This document shows, in pieces, positions 36,021 through 50,110 of a stretch of 64,000 nucleotides of DNA. Position 1 is the stretch's first letter. The number at the start of each line of letters is the position of its first letter. The translations under genes were made by a program, and so were the position numbers. This DNA is from Balanoglossus misakiensis (taxonomy: Eukaryota > Animalia > Hemichordata), in NCBI GenBank assembly GCA_040954595.2, contig CM082591.2, forward strand, positions 5,053,009 through 5,117,008, written 5' to 3'. Under the pieces are notes generated by a model, which saw only the letters and a program-made list of their open reading frames with translations, searched no databases and was not told where the DNA came from.

Positions 36021-39000
36021 GCTACCTGATCAATACAGAGAATGCAATTCTATCCTGGCAACTGAATTATTCTATCAGAAAGGATAAAGAAATATTTGTC
36101 TGACTTGCAGTGTCCAGCAGAAAAAGAATCCAGTAATCTTTACTTTGACAAGTAAATCTACCACAACCGGGCTGATATTTTGCTGTTGATAATTATTGGA
36201 GAGATTTTCCAAACGTTGGATAACATTTTTGAAAACTAATAAATTAATATAGTTTGAAATATCTTATCACTTAATTATGAAGCATGTATGCATAATATAT
36301 TTTCTATTGTCACTGATTGACAAAGTCCATGAAATATTAGTCTTTAAAAGACAAAAATCTCATCATCGAGAATGATATTAATACACTTCAAAATATTAAT
36401 GTAAATACAAAAATGATTCAGAGATAATTTGTCGACACTGAACCATGTCCCAGTAGTTGAGAGGCGATGGGCAATTTTCACCCCCATTTACCAGCAATGA
36501 ATTTGGCCCAGCAATGAATTTGGACCAAACCATGATTTGAAAGGGTAACGTGCATGTCGTGATTCAGCCCAAGTCTCAGGAAGGTTTCATGAAGTCGTAA
36601 AGTCTATCCCTAGTTAGAAATCTCCCCACCACCACGAAGGAATCAAGCAGAAGGAAATTTAATGTGCCCAAAATGCACAAAAATAAAACATTATTTACAA
36701 TGAAAGTCCTATTATACACTTCAGACATTAAAATTTAGTAAATTTTCGACAAAGCTGTGTTCGTTTGTCCCTGAACTTACTCCACATATAAAGTGTTTAC
36801 AGTATGAGTGTATTAAATGGGACAATTGTTAAGGCACGCACAGAAATTCTTAAGATGAATAAAATTGTATACACCATAGCAAATAATTTGAAATTTTACA
36901 GTTAATGTCCCCAGAGTCTATGTACACGCTTTACATTGTTGCAAACTTACAAAAAAAATTAAAATCAACTCCTCACATGAATCCAGCTTTTAAATTCTAT
37001 GAGATACAAAACAGAGAATTTTTATTTAAGAAAATTATCATGAATATTAAAAAAAACTGCAGTCTGAAAGCTTACCTGATAAGGTCAGAGCAACTAAGTC
37101 CGAAAACGACAAAACCTGCACCAATACTGACTGTTGTAGGAACCACTAAGCTCATAAAGGTATGCTAATTCCGGTCAATTCGCAAATAAAACCGTGACTT
37201 GTAGTGATGATGTCATAATCAAAACTTGGCCAGATCTGGCAACCTTCCAAGACTTAGAGGGCCATCCTCGCGCCAATGACCATGGCAGAAATTTGTAAAA
37301 ACTTTTAAAAAATCACAGTAGATGTGAATGTTTGAGCTGTACACTTCAGTGACTGTGGCCAGTTCCTCAATCAGGACAACTTTATTGACAACCAAAGAAG
37401 TGACACTATGTATATGGGTACTTGTCTCAAAATGCTAATATCGCACGGTCCCGTGGTACAGCGCCACCAAAGGCCAAACGACTAAAACCCAGCTCCGGCG
37501 ATCGAAACTTTCAGGATGCGGACACAATTTACAAGAGTCGTGACTTAACACCTTCCATTTCAAAACTTTTTGGCCCGCTTCCAAGGCATTTTATTTACTC
37601 TCACATCAAGCTACTGGGCCATAACATTAGAGAATGGGATAGGACTCAATGATTGTCCGCCTACATATGTAATTTCTCTTAACTGACATGAAAAGGAATA
37701 TTTATTTTTACCAATAAACTGTGAATATATTTATCTGAGACGTCACAAGCACTGAGAATTTTTTCACTTTTATAGAGGTGTTCACAGGGAGGTTACCTTT
37801 TTTACACAGATTCTTACTGAGGCCTGATGTGGAGGTGCATTTTTCAGTTCACAGGATATTGTTAAATTTTACTCTTGCTGCCACTAAAGTGCCCATCATT
37901 ATAAGCTGTGTAACCACATGACCAACATATGCTGACCTTGAACATGGCACTCAAAACTACACACCAAAATAACTGCCTGTTCACTACAAAACAGCTTCCT
38001 AAAGTAATAAACTTGAATACGACATTAATGAACAAATATGAAAATATTGCTTTATCATATTAATATTTCAAATTCTATGTTTCATTGGATTCACTGAAGA
38101 TACTTTTCAGATTCTTCTGTGAGATTTTGTTGAATGTGTAGAAAATTGTATTTTCCTGTATTGAATGTATTTTGCTGAATTTATTGTATTATACTGTATT
38201 GTTACACATCATTTTAAACAGAATTTTCAGCCATTCAGGTAGGAAGTCTTACCATTCTGTTCTGATAATACCATTATTTTTCATGCTAGCTCACAGTCAC
38301 ATTAAGAAACCTGAGCTTCTCAAATCCTACATTGCTGCTTTTCTTAGAAACAATGGCAGTTCCTAATTATATAGAAGTACCCTTCAGTACTTGTTAAATG
38401 CTATATTTAGCAAGGCAATGTCTGGCATTTTGGACATACATGTATGTTGGTGTCAAGCTTTCATCAGAAAGTGTGATATGTCGACAGCTGTAATACAAGA
38501 GCTATCACTGGTTATATATCCATGTTTAAGGTTTACACCAGTGACTTTTCAAGGAGAGAACTTCGGATAGCTTCCCGTTCTGTGAAAATCGACTACAACT
38601 AAATGGAGTAAAATTCTGTCAGAAATTGCAATGTTACTTGTGATCAATGCTGTCTTTACACCACATTTTTTCTTTACTGAAAAAAACTCTGAACGGCCTA
38701 AAGAAAATATTCAGGAGCTAGCTGCTAAACAGTGTAAAAAACATGTCCTCAGGAATTTTGCGACAACAAAGGAACACACCGGCACTGTAGCTTAGCAACC
38801 GACGGTGGTTGCAGTGATCACTAGGTAGCCCAGGTGTAAGACAGGAAGTACGACTCAATCATGACATATATTGATGAGTATCTCATTGTTGCCCAGGGGG
38901 GTTTGGTTTTTCAAAATCCTTTGATGTAAAGCTCGTGGGCTGACTGAGGATGATCGTTGAAGTGGAAATAAGTATGAGCAAAGAGTCACGCCTTCATAAA

Positions 39001-39335
39001 TACTATGGTCAACACATCCAAATACCACGTAATTGAGGAGGGTTTATAGTTGTTTACAGATGATTTGGCTTGCACAGTCAGACGCTTCTATTATAACTGA
39101 TGGAAGGTAGTTTCGAAAGCTGATGTGTAGTTGTCATGCTGCCATTTTATGACACCTTGAAAGGGAAACTCAAATACCTTTGTGAACCTCAAGGAGTATA
39201 GTATATCCAGCCTGTGTTAAACTTAAAGGGTTATACACAGGTCAAGTAGCTACAGGTAGTGTGAGGCTACAGGTATATGGGTCCCATATGACACAGCAAG
39301 CCACTAGGCAAGTCTATAAAGTAGACACAACATGG

Positions 39336-39575
39336 AACTGCTACAATGTATATCATTGCAAACCATATGTTTGTTACTTTGTATTACACTGTAGTGTAAC
39401 TGTTACAATGTACATCATTGCAAACAATATGTTTGTTACTTTGTATTACACTGTAGTGTAACTGTTGCAATGTACATCATTGCAAACAATATTTTTGTTA
39501 CTTTGTATTACACTGTAGTGTAACTGCTACAATGTACATCATTGCAAACAATGTTTGTTACTTTGTATTACACTG
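39336..39575. repeat. 62-bp tandem repeat array (~4 units), reverse orientation, copy 3
   Basis: Same unit as the 16128-16702 array. Confidence 0.92.
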
Positions 39576-40253
39576 CAAATCATTTGATTTGATAGAGAAT
39601 GTCTGAATGATTTCCCAAATGCAACAAAGTATGTTTGCAACATATTTGGAGACTATAAACCAGAGCAGAACAATGCAGCAAAGCTAGCTCCTCCCCTCTG
39701 CTAGTCCCCCCCCCCCAACCAACAGAGAAATAAACACCTCAAAACTCAACAAATTAACCCATCTTTCTCTGGAAAATACTCCAAATCCTACTTGAATTTC
39801 TGCAAACTTCCCTAAAAGTTAAGCATTAATTAAAAGTTATTTCTTTATCTCATATTCATGAATTTCTCACAACCAATCAGATTAGTTGTACCAAGTTGGC
39901 CTAACAAGGAAGATCTCTAACATCCCATGGTCAAATAAATCAACTTTACCAGTTTTTATATGCAGAACATGTTTCTTTCTTTGTAGAGTTTATCCTCTCA
40001 TAGGAAATAGGCAATAACAGTGCCATTTCTGAAATTAATATTCATGATTTTCTAGAAATTACTAGAACTCACTTTCCTCTTTTAAAAAGTTCTGTTCATA
40101 CATATACAAACAAAAATAGGAACTCAACATTTGGTTTCTGCATTACGGACAAACAGTGTTTTATAATACAAGTCATTGTAGCCATGCAAGGATAGTGAAA
40201 CTGAGTGAACAAATAAGAAATGAGATATTGATAATTTTATCCAACGTACTCAC

Positions 40254-40600
40254 CTGTACAAGTGCGGCGAGTATTCTTGAGCATTCCAAATGCAGCTTTA
40301 ATGTATTTTTAATGTAACTTCCTCTAAAAGTTAACCATTTTTAAGTTTTTCTTTGCATAATTATGCATACATTCATCACAGCCAATCAGATTCAACACCC
40401 CGTTTTGCATAACAATGAAAGGGATGCTGTCACAGCTTCTGATTGGTCAGTTGGGTTTAAACTTCCCTTGTTAAAGATTGTTTCCTCCTCACAAAACCAC
40501 ACACCCCAAAAGGGAAAAAATCCACATTTAGTTTCTATTAGCAGTCCTTTGTGCAGGCTGGTACATGTAAACAACTAAACGGTTGCTGGGATTTCCCAGA
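40254..40600 (-). promoter_or_regulatory. Candidate alternative first exon/promoter of the ETS gene
   Basis: Consensus donor CAG|GTGAGT at 40254/40253; CCAAT boxes at ~40382 and ~40441 (opposite orientation); kB-like GGGATTTCCC at 40588-40597. Confidence 0.4.
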
Positions 40601-42981
40601 TATTTTACCAGGGTCCCTGTTTTTTCAACAAACAGTCATACTGAGAAAAAAGTCTTGCTATCATTTTACAGGCCATGTTCCTATCTTGTATATATTTAGC
40701 AAAATTATCATTGAAAATTTTTATATTTTGTCTCGAAAACTGTAAATACTGTCAATTAGTGTGATGAAGTTAAGTTTAGCTTTTTTCACATATAAAATTT
40801 CCTGAACAAAATCATCCTTTTTGCATTGTTGATTTTATAAGAGCGACAAACAAAAGATTTTACCCGAGTTATTTTTAATCAAATTTCTTCTGTGAAACAA
40901 ATCAAAACAAACCATGAAGCTATTTGTGAAAAAAATCAAGAATCCCTATTTCCTTTTTGGTACTTGGCCATTTAAAATTACAACTTTTGTAAAACTGAGA
41001 AAAACTTTTGCCAAAGGTACAACAATATGATGGATTAAGACTTAAAGGGGGTTTTACTCATCAAAAATAAATTTATCAGACAGTTTTTAAAGTCTCTGAT
41101 TTAGTTTTTTTTAGGAAAAAGAATTATATTAGAAGATTCCCAGACATCATGCATTTTCAAGATTCATCCAAACAACTATGACTTGCAGTATATTGAGGAA
41201 GAGGAGCTTAGTTTATGAGAACTGTAGGTGACTAAAATATCATGATTCAAATTCGGACTTTCTAAGGTTCTATCAAACTTAAATAGTATTCTGCATTAAA
41301 ATATGGCAACTCTGAAAATCAGCAAACGAAATGAAGTCACAAAGCAGGAGAGTCTACCAAATTTTAAAGTAAAAAAAAACTTACTTGTAAATGATATTAC
41401 AGTGGCACCAGATAAAATCTTCAACAGACGTTTTTTAAGAAATGTCTTCAGCTTGCATGCAATAGGAATTGTGAAGGAACATGGAAGTTTTCAGGCTCAT
41501 TTTATACGCATGCGGAATTTTATCTCTCATCAAATAACTTCTCACTGGAAATGATAATTTATGAGCTTGTTTGTATTTTCTCACGGCCAATCAGCCCTGT
41601 TGCAAAATGCATCTTTGCTACAAATCACCAGGTACCCCTTTGTACCAAAATCAAATACGCCCACAGAGGATCTCTCGACATGGTTTTATATTATATGAAA
41701 CTCATTAGATAGTTGCCAAATCTCTTCCCCTTATACTTTATAGGGGGGGGGAGATTTGTAGTCATGTTACGGAGGGAGGGGGTGCCCTTATTAAATACTT
41801 AGACACTCAGGTGCATACTCCATAGATAATTTCTCACTCAAATACACCATTTCCTAAGTAAAGTGACGCCTAGCTTTCAGGTGTATAGACGATATCACAC
41901 CTAATTCAAACCACTTTCTCCCCCTAGCAGGTGAGATACTGTGTATCAGGTGCACTGAAAACACATACGTACACCATTGCAACTTCAATTCAGCAGACAG
42001 AAGAGCCACATCTGCCAACAACAAGCCACACTGATGATTTCTCATTCTGAATATCGTTGAACTTCTACGACAGCACAAATTCTATTGAAGAAGAAAGTAC
42101 AACTAAAGAATTCAAAATTGGTATCTGCAAGGAGTGATGAAACCAACTTCTGGATTTTGGCACCATATAAATTTGTTGATTGATTGATTGATTGAAATGT
42201 TTGCTCTTGCAGCTGAGCCTGACTTGGGACACGTACACTATTGCGCTACTGTTCGGTTGGTTCATTAAAGGTGAAAGGTCAAGTGGTAAGTGTAAATCCC
42301 TCTGTGTGAAAGAACGCTCAATATAGGGACATGGCATACATGAAGTTTCGTTAACAACCCATCATTCGATAACACTGATGCCTGGGTAACGAGCTCGTTA
42401 GAGGAAATAATAATCGATAAATGACACATGATTGCACACATGATGAAAATCAACAGAAACCCAGCAAAAAGGAAGTGAACGTAAAATGATTGAAACTAAA
42501 GCTGTACCCAACAACACAATTTTAACTCTGGAGATGTTCTGACTTTGGGTTCACAAGTAAACCTGCAGCTGACCTAAGTTAAAGCCCTATGCGCTGCAAC
42601 TTTTAGGAAATAATCATGAAATTAATTTTCAAACTGTACTAATATTAGGCCATACCGATGTATGCACTGTAGTTAATACAATATACACTGCATCAGAGTT
42701 CAAAAAGTTAAAAGTCACTTTAAAAGTTTAAATGGAATCACAAGTATTTCCACGAAAAGGAGGTCAAAATGTTATACGTACTTCACACAAAAATTCCAGG
42801 ACATAAAAAATTCCAGGAAAACATTAACCTTTTGCTCTATTATAGGCCTAAATACACACAGAAAGATAAAAGACAGTCAATGTATGTTGGTAAAAATTCA
42901 CACGATTCAATCCAAAAAAATCTAGTTCACTCTCAGGTGTTTGTTTTAACAAATCTGAGTGTAATTTATGCCACACTCAAA

Positions 42982-43435
42982 AAAGTAACAACTCATTGTT
43001 GCCATGATATACAGTGTAACAGTTAAACTACAGTGTAATACAAAGTAACAACCATATTGTTTGTAATGATGTACATTGTAGCAGTTACACTACATTTAAT
43101 ACAAAGTAACAACAATATCGTTTCCCATGATGTACATTGTAGCATTTACACTACATTGTAATACAAAGTAACAACAATATTGTTTGCAATGATGAACATT
43201 GTAGCAGTTACACTACATTGTAATACAAAGTGACAACTACATTGTTTGCAATGATGTACATTGTAGCAGTTACACTACAGTGTAATACAAAGTAACAACC
43301 ATATTGTTTGCAATGATGAACATTGTAGCATTTACACTACAGTGTAATACAAAGTAACAACCATATTGTTTGCAATGATGTACATTGTAGCAGATACACT
43401 TTAATTTGTGCCAATTTTGACCTGCTAGCAGCTGC
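42982..43435. repeat. 62-bp tandem repeat array (~6.5 units), forward orientation, copy 4
   Basis: Same unit as the 4950 array; ends GCAGATACA...TTTTGACCTGCTAGCA like copy 1. Confidence 0.92.
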
Positions 43436-46400
43436 TGATAAATAGGACGTAGTGTGAAATGGTTATCATAGATCTAGCTACACTTTTTGAATGAATACAT
43501 GTACAGTAAAATATTGCATTTATCAACAAAGTTGGACTAACAGAAGGTAATTAGCTGTTTGGCCATTATTTAACTGTTTAAACATTATCCATTTTATTAC
43601 TAGTTTAAGTAGCATTAAACTGTGTACGCGGCCTACTTACTTCATACTTAATTATATATCCTAGCTACTGATACGTACTTGTCTATAAACAAGTAAACTT
43701 CGCTTATGCTCAACATATGTCAAGTACGGTTAGTTTTGGTCCAGAATCCCGACTCGTGTGTTTTTACACATTGCTCCACACACAGAGCATAGCGAAAAAC
43801 GCAAAAGTGAAGAAATAACCCAAAATAAGGTCACCCTTACATGAGGAAACATTTTTAAAGGGCTGACACACGTTTGAACTTTGAAGTTAAATTTTAACAT
43901 TCTACCAATGCGTGCACAGTAGCTACGCATGAGTGCGTGGGTATACAGGTACTGGGAGACCCCCAAGAGACGTGTGATGTAACTAATTTCCCAGGGCATT
44001 AACATGGTGAACTTCCGAATCCACTAGAGCAAATGTGGTACTTCACAGATCGTCCGTATACAATCAATCAATCAATGCAATCAATGTGTGGACAAAGTGG
44101 TTCAAATCCTCATTTCCCTGAGGGCTGGAAAGTGCGGTTCTCACACACAGAGTCAACTTGAAAGGAAATTCTGAAATTCTATGGTGTTTGGCATACACAC
44201 TCGCAAGATGAAAAAAGATTGCTTGATGCAATACAAATTAGTTCCAAAACTGTTTGATAAGATACCAAACTGATATGCTATCTGTAACTTGTGCTAATTT
44301 TATTTTTGGCACCTACAACAAACATTTTCTACATCCCTGGTCCTTAATTCCTCAGAATTTGACTACCAAAAATGGGGGGAAAACAAGTCACTTGATTCCG
44401 TCTTTTTTGGCAAACTTGTTCCTCTAACTTTAAATATCAATCATTGCAAACAAACAAAGGTTATTGGCTATTGAAACAAGACAAGTCAATCATCACACAT
44501 ACCAGCTTCTCATTGGTGGAAAGGTGAGTCAGAGCAGCCAATCAGACGCGTCAAAAAATCAGTTAACAAATCCCTGTCAAGGAGGGGAGGAAGAGAATTA
44601 TGATATAATTCGACTGTTTTACCTGAGCTTTCAAGTGTTAAAATAAACAAAATGGAACCAGCAACTATTTTCACACACTCTAAGCAAACAGTAATAAAGA
44701 TTTTACAATTTCCTTCTTTCTAACTGATGACAGTAAAACGACACCATGCAATTGCAGGGGTTGGTAAGGGCAGACCTGGTTTTTGAGGAAACACATTTTT
44801 TTTCTTGGCTGGGTCCTAGATAAGATTACCCCAGAATCATACCATACTATAACAACTGTGAGTATTACAGAAAATCTGTGAAACACCCCTTCCAAATAAG
44901 GAACAAACAATCAAGTTGTAATATAAACAAAATGAGCACGCTAAAATTATTTATTTTCTTGGTAGATTTTCTTTTATGCAGCAGTTCCATTTTTATTCAA
45001 CTTTAGTAGAAACCCATATAATTTACATTGAATATTCATCAGCAAGCCTGCATGGACATATAATGATCGATGTTATTACAAACCTCAACTGATAGTCCAC
45101 AGACAGTGATGAATGTGTACAAACAGAGAAAAATGACATCCCTAGAAAATACTCCTTGTACATGTTCAATGCAGATACCAGCTTGACAACTAAGATTGAT
45201 CATCTCAGTGTTTGGAAAAAGTTTTTAACAGTATTGACCATGGCCCTAAACCTCTCCAGCTTTGACTGTGCATTCAAATACATGTTCATTGTATGCCGTG
45301 ATGTTTGTGACACCGGTGAAATATAAAACAGGGGAATTTTGAAAAAAATTCTGATGAAACCATGAGCAACAAATGGCGAATGCACAACACCCTCGTGTGA
45401 ACAAAAATGTCATCGATTGTGCGACCCGACCTGGCTTGCAACCTGCAGCTTTCTGTCTGGGTCAAACCACTTGACTATCTGTCGACTGCTTCAGTGAACA
45501 GGCAAAACAGATACAAGAGGCATATTCATTTACTGCCTAGCAACCATTTTAGCAAAACGTTACCTCCATCACTGTGCTTTTCAATGGCCATTCAAAAGAA
45601 ACATGACGATCATGTTTTTTTTAATTTCCTTCCAGCCACTTCTGTTCGACTTCTTCAACCAGTAGCATTAAAGCCCCATAAGCTGGTAATATTTTTCAAT
45701 GATAAATATTTCAATCTTCTCCTTTTACTTTAAAATTATCACAATTAAGCCATATATTACCTCAGCTGTATATGCATCAGTTTGTCATCACTTGACAATG
45801 CTTACCACGACAGTTGTGTACTGACTTGTTAATTTATAACTTATCATATAACTTTATACAGCAGCAATGAGATTTATAACATGTTATGATTTTATACAGT
45901 CGCAATGAGATTTATAACTTGTCATAACTTTATAACAGCCATGATATCATTCAAATACTCTTATCAGTATTAAGCTTATTTCGATGGAAAAGTCTAAGCT
46001 TTAAAAGTAACATCATGAAAATAAATCAAAAAGTGGCATCTCATGGGGCTTTTATAATTCACCCAGAAAATTTGCCTGCACTGGTGATTTCACAGTGGGC
46101 TATGAAAGCTTCCCACCCACTCAGCACACACTCTGGACACAAGGTAACTAAAGTTTTAACACAAACACCGTCACAAGCGAGTAATTCTGGAGAATGGAAC
46201 ACAGCCACCAAAGGGGAGTGTACCCTACTTGATATACAACCATGACGGTTTCCATGGCCCTCTATGCGTCACACAAAATGTGCTTTTGTCTCGATTTCAC
46301 GACTCTGCGCTAAAAATAAGTGACACGTGCATTGTATCCATCCTACATGCAGTAACACATGCACGTGTACACTTTTTCTGGCTCTCGCGAAGTTCGCGAA

Positions 46401-46993
46401 AATTTATCATTTGCGAAAATCTCCCGTTGAAATTAAACAAAAATAGTGCTATGTGATTCTTCAAGGGAAAACAACTCTGCAGAAGATTTCTTGTTAGCAT
46501 GAATTTCAGTCTTCAACGGAGGAATTGTTTTCTCCCTATGATAAGTCAACTTTATATAATGTGTTTGACTATTTTCCAAGGACTGAAATTAACGAACGAT
46601 CGACAGCTTATCTTTCTTCGACCAATTTCGCGTCTGAAATGTTTCCGTCGTATTTCGGTCTCGTTAAATGGTAGCCAGCAGACTGCGCTGCATCACGAAC
46701 TGACATGTACGACGTTGTAATTATCCAATGGCATGATCAGATCGATCCACGGCCGGGTTCGGCGACCGCGGATTTTATTAGCTCCTCCGGTTCTTCGCAG
46801 GAAATCCGGGTGAACGGACACGAGTGTTCTTTTCGAATAACTTGGGTACGGGGCAATGAAATATAACATGATACTTTGTTTACACTTTCAGTTTCAGTGG
46901 AATGCTGACGTAGTGTATGTACATACAGTAAAGCATACGTACAATGAAAGTGAGTCTGTGAGAGAGAAAAAAACAAAAGACTAACGAACTCAC

Positions 46994-47400
46994 CTGTTAC
47001 CGTCGACAAGCTGTCCAATGTACCGGGATGCGCCGCCAAGGACCGTGTTACTATTCGCCCACGCGATATGATCGATTGATACAACGGCCGTCTTGAATCA
47101 ATGAATGAAAATACAGAGTTCCCGCTTCATGAGTGGACTGGCTTGCCTGCATGAGCCGAGATTTGCACTACCGTGACCTTATCTTACTAGTTCCGCTGAA
47201 AGGGGACCGGATCTCCGTGTCGCAGTCCAAAAAGTTAAACTGTTTGTTTTGGCTTTCGTTCCAATAGAAGAATTCCCGGAACTGCGGATGTCCACCGATT
47301 GCCAAGAGATATCTCAATTGAGTGTACGTGACAACCCAGGCGCAAAAAAATAGGACATTGTTGGCGCTCTTCAAGAATCTGCCCCTACCCTACCCAACAG
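46994..47400 (-). promoter_or_regulatory. Candidate distal first exon and CpG-rich promoter of the ETS gene
   Basis: Consensus donor CAG|GTGAGT at 46994/46993 inside a CpG-rich patch (46600-47420); GAS-like TTCCCGGAA at 47273-47281. Confidence 0.5.
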
Positions 47401-47416
47401 ACCTCCGACACGCATG

Positions 47417-47527
47417 TTAAAGGTGTACGATCACTTATGGAAATTTAGCAACAGTTACCATGGCCACCTGAGATCTAACCAATCCCACATTTCCAATGGG
47501 TGCGGCACACGCGAAAAAAAGAGCGCC
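47417..47527. mobile_element. Solo terminal fragment of the Kolobok/T2-like MITE at 58451-59434
   Basis: TTAA|AGGTGTACGATCACTTATGGAAA...CACACGCGAAAAAAAGAGCGCC matches the reverse complement of 59330-59438. Confidence 0.8.
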
Positions 47528-48439
47528 TTGTTAAAGCCACTCATAAGTGACACACACTATTCCGCATCAATTTCCGATTATATGAGCAGAACTTCGAACA
47601 CCTGAAGACATCACTTTTAAAACACTACATTATACAATGTATACGAAAAGTATGACAATAGATAATACTTAATAAACATACACAGACACGAAAGATCACA
47701 TTCAACCTGTTGACTGCTTTTAAAGTGCGCCATCTACCAGCATAACATCTATTTCTCTCTCCCCCCCCCCCCCCAGGCAACTCCCAGCTGGACATCTGCC
47801 ACTAGACATTCACCTTCCGCTCATTTACAGCTTAAATGTCCACTTGAAAAAAAGTCTTGAGAAGTAAATATCCACAGTGTAGATGTTTGGTGCTAAACGT
47901 CCGGGGGTGACACACTTGGTTGGCCTGATATTCTCAGGGTAACTTTCCCTTTCACACCGGGGGTACTACCTCTGTACTATGTGCTCTTAGGGGAAAGAGA
48001 CTTTTGGACGGATCTGTTTCTGTACTCAGGATGTAAAATCCTATAATGACATGTAATAGAGCGCATCAGCCGATGCGGGTCGGATCCCAACAGCCACAAA
48101 ACTGGCAGAGCCTTGGGAGAGACAAAACGAGAATGAAGTACAATGTCATAAAAAAGCTCGTAAAAAGCGATTTTAGAAGTAATACTTGTGGTTGTGTATG
48201 CTTGGTTGACTTTGCATACCACGACTTTTGAATGGTATTTGATAATTTACACAGATCTAGACTTCCCGGCCTTGTTGAAAAAATACCCGTATTTTTTCAA
48301 GGTGCTTATTATAGGTAGAAGGGGAAAGGAGAGGGTAATAGTATAAAGGAGAGATGTTACTGGTATGTGTCATCTGATATTGCAGCTCGCCAAGGGCCGT
48401 GGGCGAAAGGTCAAGTCGATCGGGTATATCAGTTCAACA

Positions 48440-48694
48440 ATAGACCAATTTCAGAACTCCACTATAGCCTGCGAGATCTCGTGTGACTATAGGCAGTTCA
48501 CATGGGAAGACATTCTTATGTGACACAAGACAAACAACACGTGGCCCATCGGCTTAAATGGAGCAAAATTTAAAAATAGCACCTATTCTAGTTTCACACA
48601 AGTCCTGACTTGTATTTCTTGGCTACCAACCCATTGCCACGGTAATTAACCAAGTCTCGAGAGATCTCGCAATGGGTGGAAAAATCACCTATTG
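48440..48694 (+). repeat. Dispersed repeat family copy (related to 19935-20170)
   Basis: Shared blocks as at 19935; bounded by short inverted CAATAG...CTATTG. Confidence 0.6.
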
Positions 48695-50110
48695 TGTGTT
48701 ACACATCCTTGGGCTGTGTACACTTTGTTTATAGATTATAGGCGAAGAGAACATTGGGTTTTTCAAAATTGCCAAAGGGGCGTTTTTTATCGATTTCGAT
48801 TTTCTAAGTATTTACTTCCTCTTATCGATATCCGGCGGGCGAAACGACTAATACAGGTGGACTCGCCAACAAAATGAGGTCACAATCTCACATCATGCTA
48901 ATGAATAATTAATGTCAAAAGCAACCACAGCTGCGATCGACAAGGCGAATCGGAGTTTGAAGACATTGAGACAGCGTTTACGTTGCGATACAAGTCCAAC
49001 GCAGTGCGCCCGGTCCATTACGTACCTTGCATCCGGGATATTGATTGCATCTGATACCTTCACTTTCATTCTAAACTTGAAGGCGTACGTGTCTGTAGCG
49101 ATGCCATTTTAAAGTTCAAACCGCTATCGCGAAAATCGCATGAAATCGCACATTTGCAAGAAAGTCGTCCAGGTTCCGTATAAAGAATAAACGAAGGAAG
49201 TCCGTGCGAATACGAAGTACGCCGCCATACCAAATTTACAAGGTACGTAAAAACAACACTTAGGATTTTTATCCGGACATTTGTTATATCTTATTCAACT
49301 TGTATGTACGCACGTACGTGTGGATAGATGGAGGGAGGGGGGAGGGGAGGGAGGGAATGAGGGTATGGGTAACTGCAGAAAAAATGTTTCCAAATTCATG
49401 TAAGTTCTTCGTTTCACTGACTGCATCGATCTTTGTAGCTCGGATCTGCAAGAACACTAAACCCCTTCATCAACAAGGGTTTTCCCCTCCACACGTCCAG
49501 ACACGCAAACACACATTTTAACGTGTAATGTATAGGAGGAATTACCCCCAGGGGGAACAGAACCCGGACCTTATTAAATGTTAAGGAGCTTTCCTTGGTG
49601 ACGCGCACGTTCGACAAATAGACTGGAACGTGCGCAGCAGGTGGCATGAGCTAATCTGTCACCAATGTTTAGTCGTTTCCATGCCTACAAACAGGCCACG
49701 CATTTCGACTGGAATGGCAGTTGCTTTCATGACCTCAAAAATATAAAACAAAAACAGCACTTTGGAGAAATTACGCTTATGGCCCCAGGGTTCAATAACG
49801 CTATCGGTAGAGACATAAATTACAATTCGTTTTTGTTGTCATATTATGACAACGGCTGTAAACTGTGAAACCTATTTTGCATGTATATCACCCACTCTCT
49901 CCCTCTTCATCTCTCTCCTCCCCTCTCTCTCACTCTCTCCACCTCTCTCCTCCCCTCTCTCTCACTCTCTCCACCTTCCCCCCCCCCCCTCGCATTTAAC
50001 TGGGCATTTCGTTGAATTGCAAATGACCGCTTTAACGCTCCATTTTTTTCTTCTAGACTAGGCACCTCAGATCAGTTGAAGTTTTAGAAGCAATCATACT
50101 GCGGACGGCC

